This document shows, in pieces, positions 20,929-29,224 of a stretch of DNA of 64,000 nucleotides. The position numbers and the translations under genes are program-made. This DNA is from an uncultured Bacteroidota bacterium. Lineage in GTDB: Bacteria > Bacteroidota > Bacteroidia > Bacteroidales > WCHB1-69. The first letter of the stretch is position 1; each line of letters begins with the position of its first letter. Location of the stretch: contig OW818690.1 in the NCBI GenBank assembly GCA_942493315.1, positions 2,759,275 through 2,823,274 on the forward strand. The letters are read 5' to 3'. The notes under the pieces are model-generated. The model was not told where the DNA came from, ran no database searches, and saw only the letters and a list, made by a program, of their open reading frames with translations.

Positions 20929-22269
20929 ATGACAAAATTAGGGGAACTTCCTATCAAAAAACTATTCTGGAATTACGCCATTCCGGCTATTATTGCTACA
21001 ACTTCCACCTCTTTGTACAATGTCATTGATCGAATTTTTATCGGACATGGTGTGGGTCCTTATGCGATTTCCGGATTAGCCATCACCTTACCTTTGATGA
21101 ATATTGCAGTTGCATTGAGTACTTTAATTGGTACCGGAGCCTCTTCCATTATTTCGATCAGATTGGGTGAAAAAAGAAACGATTTAGCCAATAAAACCTT
21201 AGGAAATGCTACGATATTGTTTATTATTGTAGGATTTATATTCACATCACTATCATTAATTTTTATTGATCCCATTTTGAGGGCATTTGGTGCCAGTGAT
21301 TTAACATTACCTTTTGCCAAAGACTTCATGCAAATCATTTTGTTGGGAAATATCTTCACGAATCTGTTTTACGGGTTTTACAACATGTTAAGATCAGCCG
21401 GATATCCTACGAGAGCTATGAAAGGGATGATTTTTTCTGTTCTATTGAATTTAGCATTAGCTCCACTTTTCATTTTTGTATTCAAGTGGGGAATCAAAGG
21501 GGCAGCGTATGCCACTCTGATTGCTCAAATTGCAGGTTTTTTGATTTTCTTCTCCCACCTAATCACCAAAAATCATGTGATCCATTTTACGAAAGCAGGG
21601 TTTATTCTATCTAAAGAGATCATATCCAAAATATTCTCGATTGGCCTCTCCCCTTTTATCGTGCATACTTGTGCATTTTTAGTGGTTACTGTAGTCAATT
21701 TGCAACTTAAAAAATATGGCGGAGATTTTGCTATTGGTGCAGCGGGCATTATCAATAGCATTGCCGGCTTGATCATCATGATCATTTTTGGATTTGCTCA
21801 GGGGATGCAGCCTATTGTTGGTTATAACTACGGAGCCAAGTTATACGAGCGAATGTGGGAAGCGTATAGAATCACGGTTCTTTTTGCCACCATCACTTCT
21901 ATTGTGTCCTGGATTGCTGCATTGACTTTTCCACATGCCATTGCCGCTGTTTTCACTAATGATCCTGAAATGATCGAAAAAACCGCACATGGTATCAAAC
22001 TATATTTTATTGCTTATCCTGTGATCGGATTTCAACTGATCACTTCCCATTTCTTTTTATCCATCGGAAAATCAAAAATTTCCATTTTATTATCCTTATT
22101 CAGACAAGTGATTATCCTTTTACCCATATTATTTATTTTTCCACCGATTTGGAAATTGGATGGTATTTGGTTAAGTGAACCGGTTTCTTCTGTCATAGCA
22201 ATGGGATTATCTGTGTATATCATGTATCAATGGTATAAGAAACAAACATGGAAAACAGTCAGATTCTGA
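20929..22269 (+). CDS. MATE family efflux transporter
   Basis: N-terminus LPIKKLFWNYAIPAIIATTSTSLYNVIDRIFIGHG is typical of MATE/NorM-like proteins, with 12 TM segments. ATG 20929 is preferred to the track start at 20839. Confidence 0.85.
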   Translation: MTKLGELPIKKLFWNYAIPAIIATTSTSLYNVIDRIFIGHGVGPYAISGLAITLPLMNIAVALSTLIGTGASSIISIRLGEKRNDLANKTLGNATILFIIVGFIFTSLSLIFIDPILRAFGASDLTLPFAKDFMQIILLGNIFTNLFYGFYNMLRSAGYPTRAMKGMIFSVLLNLALAPLFIFVFKWGIKGAAYATLIAQIAGFLIFFSHLITKNHVIHFTKAGFILSKEIISKIFSIGLSPFIVHTCAFLVVTVVNLQLKKYGGDFAIGAAGIINSIAGLIIMIIFGFAQGMQPIVGYNYGAKLYERMWEAYRITVLFATITSIVSWIAALTFPHAIAAVFTNDPEMIEKTAHGIKLYFIAYPVIGFQLITSHFFLSIGKSKISILLSLFRQVIILLPILFIFPPIWKLDGIWLSEPVSSVIAMGLSVYIMYQWYKKQTWKTVRF

Positions 22270-22306
22270 TTTTTTTTACTAATTTTGTACTTTAATTTAT
22301 AATGCT

Positions 22307-23014
22307 ATGTATTTACATTCAAAAATATTTATAACCCCTGATACCATTATTGCAGCCATTATTAAAGAGAATCCATTAATCATGTTAGTTGTGGAAAACT
22401 TTGGAATTTGGGATTTTCCTAAGGGAGTCACTGTTTCAAAACTTTGTTCTCAAAATGGTATTAATGAATCCCTTTTTATTCAGATTTGCAATCTTCACAA
22501 TGGCTACTTTCTTGATTACTCCATTGAATACTCCAAAGAGGATCTTCCTGAAATTATCAAATATCTCCAAAAAAGTCATCAATACTATACCGGTGAAAAA
22601 TATCCGATTATCCTATCAGAGATAAAAAAACTTTATAAGGAAACCCGGTTGGATATCTTAAAAATTATTGAAAAGTACTTTGAAGAGTACTTCAAAGAGG
22701 TTCATGATCACATGGATTATGAAGATAAGATCGCTTTTCCCTATTTTAATACGTTGATCAATGCACAACAAACAGAAAGCACTTATTCATCGGAAACCTA
22801 CAGGGAACACCATTCTGATATTGAATCTAAACTGGATGCTTTGAAAGAATTGTTTATTGAACATATTCATTTTCAACAACCTAACCCATTAAGAAGAAAG
22901 ATTTTAAATAATTTAAACGAATTAGAATTTGAATTGAATATACACTCCCATATTGAAGATATGATTTTAATACCGCTGGTAAATAAAATTGAAAAAGGGG
23001 GAATTCATGGATAA
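22307..23014 (+). CDS. Hemerythrin-like (HHE cation-binding) domain protein, RIC/ScdA-like
   Basis: Three H..xE motifs (HDHMDYEDKIAFPYF, EHHSDIESKL, HSHIEDMILIPL). The N-terminal region resembles the ScdA_N/DUF1858 type. Confidence 0.55.
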   Translation: MYLHSKIFITPDTIIAAIIKENPLIMLVVENFGIWDFPKGVTVSKLCSQNGINESLFIQICNLHNGYFLDYSIEYSKEDLPEIIKYLQKSHQYYTGEKYPIILSEIKKLYKETRLDILKIIEKYFEEYFKEVHDHMDYEDKIAFPYFNTLINAQQTESTYSSETYREHHSDIESKLDALKELFIEHIHFQQPNPLRRKILNNLNELEFELNIHSHIEDMILIPLVNKIEKGGIHG

Positions 23015-23591
23015 AAAGAGAATCAACATTGCCATTTTGGAAAATGCTTCCATTGTAAGTGAAGGGATTCAAAGTTTGCTTCAAAAATCACATTTGTATA
23101 TCAAACCGATATGGATCAAAGATATTGACAATTTGAATTTTCATATAGAACGTTTAAAAATTGACATGATTATCATCAATCCAAACTTGGTAATCAATAG
23201 GTTCAAGTTTTTTACACAATTAAAAAACAACAATCCTCAGGTTAAATGGTTAGGGTTAACTTACAATCTGATTGAAAGGGAGATACAGCCTTTGTTTGAT
23301 GATGTTATTCAAATCGATGATGCTTATGAAAATATCACACGTAAGATCGATTATTTCATTGAAAATACGCAAAATGAGGAGACCACTGTATTAACAGATC
23401 GGGAGCAAAATGTATTAAAAGAGATTATCAAGGGATTATCAAATAAAGAGATAGCAGTTCGGTTGAATATCAGTATCCATACTGTAATGAGTCATCGTAA
23501 AAATATATACCAGAAAACCGATATCAAAAGTCAGGCCGGATTAACGGTTTATGCACTGACACACAATATTGTTTCGATAGAATCTCTATAG
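23007..23591 (+). CDS. LuxR-family transcription regulator with an atypical receiver-like N-terminal domain
   Basis: C-terminal LuxR HTH (LTDREQNVLKEIIKGLSNKEIAVRLNISIHTVMSHRKNIYQK). The ATG overlaps the upstream stop (ATGGATAA). The N-terminal domain lacks the usual DD pocket and phospho-Asp (ILEN, IIINPN). Confidence 0.75.
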   Translation: MDKKRINIAILENASIVSEGIQSLLQKSHLYIKPIWIKDIDNLNFHIERLKIDMIIINPNLVINRFKFFTQLKNNNPQVKWLGLTYNLIEREIQPLFDDVIQIDDAYENITRKIDYFIENTQNEETTVLTDREQNVLKEIIKGLSNKEIAVRLNISIHTVMSHRKNIYQKTDIKSQAGLTVYALTHNIVSIESL

Positions 23592-23622
23592 GGCTAAGGG
23601 CGAAGGGCGAAGGGCGAAGGGG
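23591..23622. repeat. Heptamer tandem repeat AGGGCGA/AGGGCTA
   Basis: gggctaagggcgaagggcgaagggcgaaggggg, starting right after the LuxR-family gene stop. Confidence 0.85.
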
Positions 23623-23697
23623 GATTATGTTTTACATTTTAATACAATTTTTAACAATTTAATAGTTTATCAAATTAAAGATTTCAAAAAAAATTTC

Positions 23698-23705
23698 TAT
23701 CTTTG
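23698..23705 (+). promoter_or_regulatory. -7 promoter box TATCTTTG serving the ATPase cassette
   Basis: TAnnTTTG followed by CAAA, 45 nt upstream of ATG 23750. Confidence 0.5.
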
Positions 23706-23749
23706 CAAAATAATCATGTTATTATGAATTAAAAAAAAATTAATTTTGA

Positions 23750-25081
23750 ATGAATAAGAATCAAATTAGTATTGAACTTAAAAACATAAGATCTGTTAGA
23801 GATGCAAATATTGTTTTTGATGGAATTACTGTAATTACTGGAGAAAACGGCAGTGGAAAGAGTACAATATCAAAATTGACTTATCATCTTTTTCGTACAT
23901 CTATTGAATTTGAAAAGATAGTTGAGGATAAGCTACAGGATGAATTAAAAAGAATTTATAGAAGTTTAGATCAATTATCTAGGGAATTAGAGTATTTTTT
24001 GGATAAAGATGAATATATTAAAATTAGAAATTCATTTAGAAATTTTTATAGATATGAAAATCAACTTAGTCTTTTTGAAGAAGACAATTCGATTTTTTCA
24101 GCAATTGACGCATTAATAAACATTTTTACAAATGAAAATATTAATTTAAAAAATAACAAACAATTATCTCAGCGATTGAAAAGAATTAAAATTATTATAA
24201 GTAATTCGATTCCCACAGATGATTATGAAAAAATAGAGATTCCAGAACTTTTAATTGTACTAAAAAACTTTATTAAGGATCACATCCAACAGACCACAAA
24301 TTATAAAGAAAATAGACCTTTATCAATTTTAAATGAAAAATTGGCTGAAGCTTTCTATGACTCTTCAATAACCAATTCATTTAATATATATGAATATGGA
24401 GTTCCAATAATTGATAGAGATAAAAATAAATTACTGCCAATACATTCAATCCAAAAAGTAGCATATATAGATACTCCAATGATAATTGGAATTGATTTCT
24501 TAGCAGAAAGGGCTCATTGGGATGATATTAATGAATTAATTTCTAATAAAAAAACATATAAATCTGACTCTGAATTAGACTCAATTTTTAAGAATGAAAT
24601 TTTGAAAGGAGATGTTAGCTATAATGAAAATGAAATTTCAAGTCAAACTTTTATTTATAAAAGAGATGATGGAAAGGATTTTGATTTGTTAGAATGTGCC
24701 ACTGGCTTAAAATCATTTAGTTTACTCCAATTGCTATTTAAAAATGGATTTCTCAACAATCAAACTTTACTCATCATTGATGAACCAGAAGTTCATTTAC
24801 ATCCACAATGGATTGTTGAGTATGCAAGACTTATCGTTCTATTTAATAAATATTTGGGAGTAAAGTTTCTCATAGCTAGTCATAATCCAGATATGATTAG
24901 TGCAATAAAATATATTTCAAAAAAAGAAAATTCTTGTAAAGATTTAAACTTTTATTTAGCTACCAAATATAAAAAAACATATACATATAATTACAAAAAT
25001 CTCGGAATAGAGATTGATGAAATTTTCGCTTCATTTAATATTGCTTTAGAAAGAATTGATTTTTATGGACAATCTGAATAA
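23750..25081 (+). CDS. SMC/ABC-type (AAA_15/AAA_21-like) ATPase with a coiled-coil insertion
   Basis: Walker A GENGSGKST. Signature-like ATGLKSFSLLQ. Walker B LLIIDEPEVHLHP. H-loop region IASHNPD. A helical insert of about 250 aa separates the two halves of the ATPase head. Confidence 0.8.
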   Translation: MNKNQISIELKNIRSVRDANIVFDGITVITGENGSGKSTISKLTYHLFRTSIEFEKIVEDKLQDELKRIYRSLDQLSRELEYFLDKDEYIKIRNSFRNFYRYENQLSLFEEDNSIFSAIDALINIFTNENINLKNNKQLSQRLKRIKIIISNSIPTDDYEKIEIPELLIVLKNFIKDHIQQTTNYKENRPLSILNEKLAEAFYDSSITNSFNIYEYGVPIIDRDKNKLLPIHSIQKVAYIDTPMIIGIDFLAERAHWDDINELISNKKTYKSDSELDSIFKNEILKGDVSYNENEISSQTFIYKRDDGKDFDLLECATGLKSFSLLQLLFKNGFLNNQTLLIIDEPEVHLHPQWIVEYARLIVLFNKYLGVKFLIASHNPDMISAIKYISKKENSCKDLNFYLATKYKKTYTYNYKNLGIEIDEIFASFNIALERIDFYGQSE

Positions 25082-25571
25082 CTTAACTTACTGTTCTACA
25101 ACAACTAATAATCACAAAATTGCATCTATTTGTCCTCAATGTGTTCAGAAAATTAATGCTGTATGTATCAAGGATGGTGCTAAACATACTTGTTTTACTA
25201 ATGAAGTTTGTCTTAATATAGATGATTTTGAAACCTTTTTAGCTCAACATGAAAAAAGAGATAAACAAAAAACCATGGATTTCTCTTTTGGAGTTAATAT
25301 CGAAAATAGAAATGAGCAAAAGATGATTTTAGTTGAACTTAGACTAAATTATACTAATTGGCGAAATATTAGCAAAAAAGAACTTGATGATAAAATTAAT
25401 CATTCAAAAGTTATTCTCGGGCATTCTCCTATTATTTCGAATCAATATTATTTCGTTTTCAAATCAGATTTAAAACAGCAAGCTCATAATCACTTAAGAA
25501 GACTATATTTAAATCGAAATTTTGTTTTTGGAGTTGATCTTAATGAATTGAAAAATAATTTTTTTCAATAA
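25065..25571 (+). CDS. Small Cys-cluster protein of unknown function, translationally coupled to the ATPase
   Basis: ATG 25065 overlaps the ATPase stop by 17 nt. N-terminal CPQC-x7-C-x8-C cluster. I recognise no domain. Possible weak D...ExR (MDFSF...ILVELR) nuclease-like pattern. Confidence 0.6.
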   Translation: MDNLNNLTYCSTTTNNHKIASICPQCVQKINAVCIKDGAKHTCFTNEVCLNIDDFETFLAQHEKRDKQKTMDFSFGVNIENRNEQKMILVELRLNYTNWRNISKKELDDKINHSKVILGHSPIISNQYYFVFKSDLKQQAHNHLRRLYLNRNFVFGVDLNELKNNFFQ

Positions 25572-25744
25572 TTTCTATATTCTATTAGATCTATTGATTA
25601 TTTATGATTCAATTATCAAATTAATAACTCAATTTTTTCAACTAAAAAAAGCACAATTTCATTTGAGTTTGTTTGATAATCTTAAGCAAATGTTTATTTT
25701 CAAAAAGACGGCAGCCTTTAAACTGTTGTCTGCTGACTGCTTTC

Positions 25745-27301
25745 TTATTTGCTCCCTTTCATCATTTTAATGAACGGATTGAAATAGTTTTCACCTTTGG
25801 CGACAACGCCGGTGAGACCTTTTCCACCTGTTTTGGAACGTTTGATAGCGCCAAACATCCCTTTTTCGAGTGCTTCGAAAAGACCCTCTTTCACCATATT
25901 ATCTAGTAATTCATGAGCATCGTTCAATACTTTGGCTGCTCTGTTTTTAATAATTCCACCCTCTTTATATTCCACTTCATCACCAATATTTTTCATATTG
26001 TTGAAAATATATTTGGCATTTTCAATCGCTAAATAACGATCCGACATAAATGGGGTATGAATCGCCTCAGTAATCATTCCTAACAGTTGTAATCCCTGCC
26101 CTGTCCAGATGGCAATTTGGTTAAAAAGAGCATCTTGAATTTGACCACGGAAGATGTTTCCTGTCATAAATTTTGTTGGGGGCATATATTTTAGAGGTGC
26201 ATTAGGGAAAATTTCGCGGGTCATTTGAGCCTGAGCCAATTCATAGAGAAAGCCATTTTCGAGTTCAGGATCCATTTCAAAAGCGTGACCTAAACCCATT
26301 TGTTCTTCAGGAATACCAGCTAATTTTGCCAATTGTTCATTGATAAGATCTGAGGCTAAAACGGTATGTGCTTCATCAAATGCATCTGCAGTAGTAAGAT
26401 AGTTATCCTCACCTGTATTGATGATCACACCGGCAAAACCATTGATCACTCTAGAGAAATATTGATCTATTAAAGTTCTTTGAGGATTAATATCTCTAAA
26501 AAGGATACCATAAAGTGCATCGTTCAACATCACATCAAGACGTTCCAAAGCACCCATAGCAGCGATTTCAGGCATACAAAGTCCTGAACAATAGTTACAT
26601 AAACGGATATAACGGCCCACTTCTTCTCCCACTTCATCCAATGCTTTTCTCATGATTTTAAAGTTCTCCTGAGTCGCATAAGTTCCGCCAAAGCCTTCAG
26701 TAGTAGCGCCATAAGGAACATAATCGAGCAAGCTCTGACCGGTAGTACGAATCACTGCAATAATATCAGCACCCTGACGAGCTGCAGCCTGAGCCTGAAC
26801 AACATCTTCAAAGATATTACCGGTTGCCACGATCACGTAAATATAGGGTTTTGAGCCCTCACCAATAGTATTCAGATACTCATTTCTACGGGCAACGTTA
26901 GCTTTGATACGGTCAACAGCAGCATCGATATAAGGTTGAACAGCTTGTTTCACTGCATTCAAGTCGTGAGCAGGAAGTTGGGTAATAGATAGTTGATTAT
27001 CAGCAATTTTTTCAGCAATCTGTTGAGGATTCAAACCGGTTTCCAAAATAGCATTTCCGATATAGTATAAAACGCCTTGACCCAAAACACCATTTTCATG
27101 AATATCATTCACCACCACATTGGGAAGGGGTACTTCATTTATATCGATACCATCTATACCGATTAAGCGACACAAAGTTCGTTCAACGGCAACGGTAGAG
27201 TAATTTTCAACAAATTGTTGCACATCAACTGCAATTTTGTGCGCCAACTCTTTAGCAGCATCCACTTTAGTAAAATCTAGTCCTAACTTACTGTTTCTCA
27301 T
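25745..27301 (-). CDS. kamD: Beta-lysine / D-lysine 5,6-aminomutase alpha subunit
   Basis: Near end-to-end similarity, from memory, to Clostridium sticklandii KamD (VERTLCRLIGIDG, IAVIRTTGQSLLDYVPYGATTEGFGGTYATQENF, CNYCSGLCMPEIAAMGA, GVIINTGEDNYLTTADA). Confidence 0.9.
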   Translation of the reverse strand: MRNSKLGLDFTKVDAAKELAHKIAVDVQQFVENYSTVAVERTLCRLIGIDGIDINEVPLPNVVVNDIHENGVLGQGVLYYIGNAILETGLNPQQIAEKIADNQLSITQLPAHDLNAVKQAVQPYIDAAVDRIKANVARRNEYLNTIGEGSKPYIYVIVATGNIFEDVVQAQAAARQGADIIAVIRTTGQSLLDYVPYGATTEGFGGTYATQENFKIMRKALDEVGEEVGRYIRLCNYCSGLCMPEIAAMGALERLDVMLNDALYGILFRDINPQRTLIDQYFSRVINGFAGVIINTGEDNYLTTADAFDEAHTVLASDLINEQLAKLAGIPEEQMGLGHAFEMDPELENGFLYELAQAQMTREIFPNAPLKYMPPTKFMTGNIFRGQIQDALFNQIAIWTGQGLQLLGMITEAIHTPFMSDRYLAIENAKYIFNNMKNIGDEVEYKEGGIIKNRAAKVLNDAHELLDNMVKEGLFEALEKGMFGAIKRSKTGGKGLTGVVAKGENYFNPFIKMMKGSK

Positions 27302-27477
27302 TCTATTATTGTTTATATATAATCAAATTTTAGTATTCTAATATTTTAAATAAAAGTAAATAAATACCCTATTTAAAGACGGCTGCAAAATTACAGAAAA
27401 TAATGAACTTTTTGATTATAGACACCATCAATCATTCAAATTGAAAAAATTAGAGACAATGTTACCATAAATTACTC

Positions 27478-27485
27478 TATATTTG
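27478..27485 (+). promoter_or_regulatory. -7 promoter box TATATTTG upstream of the SDR gene
   Basis: TAnnTTTG followed by CACA, 39 nt before ATG 27524. Confidence 0.4.
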
Positions 27486-27523
27486 CACATTAAATAACAA
27501 ATTCAACTATTAAAAAACAAGAT

Positions 27524-28327
27524 ATGAAAACCGAAAACAAAATATTTGTAGTTACCGGAGCCGGAAGTGGCATTGGTAGAGAATTAACCTTACAATTAGT
27601 AGCAAAAGGGGCACAAGTGGCCATGATTGACTTGAATCAGGAAAGCATGAATGAAACAGCATCCTTGACCAATAAAGAGAAGGTAACCTCATATATCGTT
27701 GATATTTCCAAACTGGAAAGTATTGAAAAATTCAAAGATGATGTATTGACCAAGTATGGTTTTGTAGATGGGATCATCAACAATGCCGGGATAATTCAAC
27801 CATTTATTCCGGTAAATCAATTAGATATGTCACAAATTGAAAAAATTGTGAATATTAATTTCTATGGTACTGTTTATATGATTAAAACGTTCCTTCCCCA
27901 TCTTTTAAACAGACCTGAAGGGCATATTGTGAACATTTCCAGCATGGGTGGTTTTATTCCATTTCCGGGCCAAACGATATATAGTGCAACGAAAGCAGCC
28001 GTAAAAACCTTAACTGAAGGACTTTATGCAGAACTCAAAAACTCGAATGTAAAGGTCACTGTGGTGCATCCGGGAGCGATTGCAACGAACATCAGTAAGA
28101 ATTCCGGAATAAAGATGCCGACTCAGACTGAAAATAAGGGGCAAAAATCAGCCATGAAAGCGTTACCTGCCGATCAAGCAGCCAGGATCATCATAAACGG
28201 TATTGAGAAGAACAAATTTAGGGTACTTGTAGGCAAAGATGCCAGTTTTTTAGACCTATTTTATCGAATTAGCCCTGAAAAAGCAGTAAATTTCATAGTC
28301 AAAAAGATGAGTTCCCTGATGAAATAA
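27524..28327 (+). CDS. Short-chain dehydrogenase/reductase (SDR) family oxidoreductase
   Basis: TGAGSGIG cofactor motif, NNAG, and catalytic YSATKAA. Confidence 0.9.
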   Translation: MKTENKIFVVTGAGSGIGRELTLQLVAKGAQVAMIDLNQESMNETASLTNKEKVTSYIVDISKLESIEKFKDDVLTKYGFVDGIINNAGIIQPFIPVNQLDMSQIEKIVNINFYGTVYMIKTFLPHLLNRPEGHIVNISSMGGFIPFPGQTIYSATKAAVKTLTEGLYAELKNSNVKVTVVHPGAIATNISKNSGIKMPTQTENKGQKSAMKALPADQAARIIINGIEKNKFRVLVGKDASFLDLFYRISPEKAVNFIVKKMSSLMK

Positions 28328-28338
28328 TCGAAATGCAA

Positions 28339-28460
28339 TCAGCTTTCAGCTATCAGTTTTCAGCTATCAGTTTTCAGCTTTCAGTTTTCTAATGGTCAAC
28401 CAAATTCAGGCATTGACACATTATTCATTATTCATTATTCATTATTCATTATTCATTAAT
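28339..28460. repeat. Two heptamer arrays: CAGCTTT/CAGCTAT/CAGTTTT (28339-28389) and TTATTCA (28420-28460)
   Basis: Read directly. The CAGCTAT/CAGTTTT units recur at 54609-54635, and the reverse complement of TTATTCA recurs at 29070-29100. Confidence 0.9.
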
Positions 28461-28492
28461 TTATTATCTTTGCAATCTAAAAATTAGAAATT

Positions 28493-28909
28493 ATGGAAAA
28501 TTATTGTACATTTTGTGAGTTATTTGACGGTATTAATTGGTGGATCTATTTGGCATCAGTTGTGACTGTGTTTATTATTGGGGCTATCTGGTTTTCATTT
28601 TTGTTTTCTAAAATGTGGATGGAAGTGAATAAATTGGATAAAGATGCCAAAATCAGCACCGGAAATATGGTTTTTACCATGTTATTTCAATTGACAACCA
28701 CCGCATTGTTGGGATTGGCCATATTTGTGTTAGTTTCAGAAACATCATGGGAATTGACTTTATTTGTAATTATTGGAGTTGTTGGCTGGATGAAGTCCAA
28801 CCTTAAATTCAAATTCAATGATTTTAAAACCTTTTTCAAAGCAGCGATTTCAGAAGTGGGCTATTTTGCCATTTCCGCGATTGTGTTTATGTTGTTTGCA
28901 TTGATATAG
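28493..28909 (+). CDS. DUF1761-like small membrane protein
   Basis: 138 aa, 4 TM segments. The N-terminal INWWIYLASVVTVFIIGAIWFSFLF resembles DUF1761 family starts. Own TATCTTTG box at 28465-28472. Confidence 0.5.
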   Translation: MENYCTFCELFDGINWWIYLASVVTVFIIGAIWFSFLFSKMWMEVNKLDKDAKISTGNMVFTMLFQLTTTALLGLAIFVLVSETSWELTLFVIIGVVGWMKSNLKFKFNDFKTFFKAAISEVGYFAISAIVFMLFALI

Positions 28910-28931
28910 TGACCTAATAGGGCAAAATCCA

Positions 28932-29012
28932 CCAACCTTTTATTAGATTAGCTATTCAGAGCTCAGTCGGCCCAATAGTCACGCATTTCCATTGTATTAG
29001 GGCGAAGGTCAG
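28932..29012 (-). repeat. Truncated junction fragment of the composite repeat (end of the AT module plus end of the GC-rich element)
   Basis: caaccttttattagattagc...gagctcagtcgg...gtattagggcgaagg aligns with 38716-38786 (junction of M7 and GC copy C). Confidence 0.6.
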
Positions 29013-29018
29013 ATAAAA

Positions 29019-29102
29019 AGACTACGGACTACGGACTACGGACTACGGACTACGGACAACGGACGAAAAATGAATAATGAAAAATGAATAATGGGAAATG
29101 AG
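29019..29102. repeat. Heptamer arrays GACTACG (x6, ending GGACAAC) followed by TGAATAA/TGAAAAA units
   Basis: Read directly. Same GACTACG unit as at 12603-12730. Confidence 0.9.
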
Positions 29103-29224
29103 TACTTTGAGAGTAGAGCGAATTATTGAATTTTTAAAAAAAGATTTATTGAATAAATTTGTGGTAAAATAAATAGAATAATTTTTATCTTTGCAAAAAA
29201 AATATTAGATAAACATTTTTTAAC

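Noticed and set aside
20634-20957. Small ORFs (20634-20864 +, 20712-20957 -) in the divergent region between the flippase and MATE genes
   Set aside because: They overlap the better-supported starts of the flanking membrane-protein genes. Their composition is AT-rich and low-complexity, and they carry no motifs.
25700-25744. AAAGACGGCAGCC motif downstream of kamD and a similar AAAGACGGCTGCA upstream (27374-27386), considered as flanking direct repeats or a terminator
   Set aside because: Only about 11 of 13 nt are shared. I found no convincing stem-loop for a terminator and no further extension of similarity, so chance is a likely explanation.
25673-25906. 77-aa plus-strand ORF at the kamD 3' end, considered as a possible kamE remnant
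   Set aside because: It is antisense to the kamD C-terminus for most of its length, and its sequence has no Rossmann-like B12-binding motif (DxHxxG).
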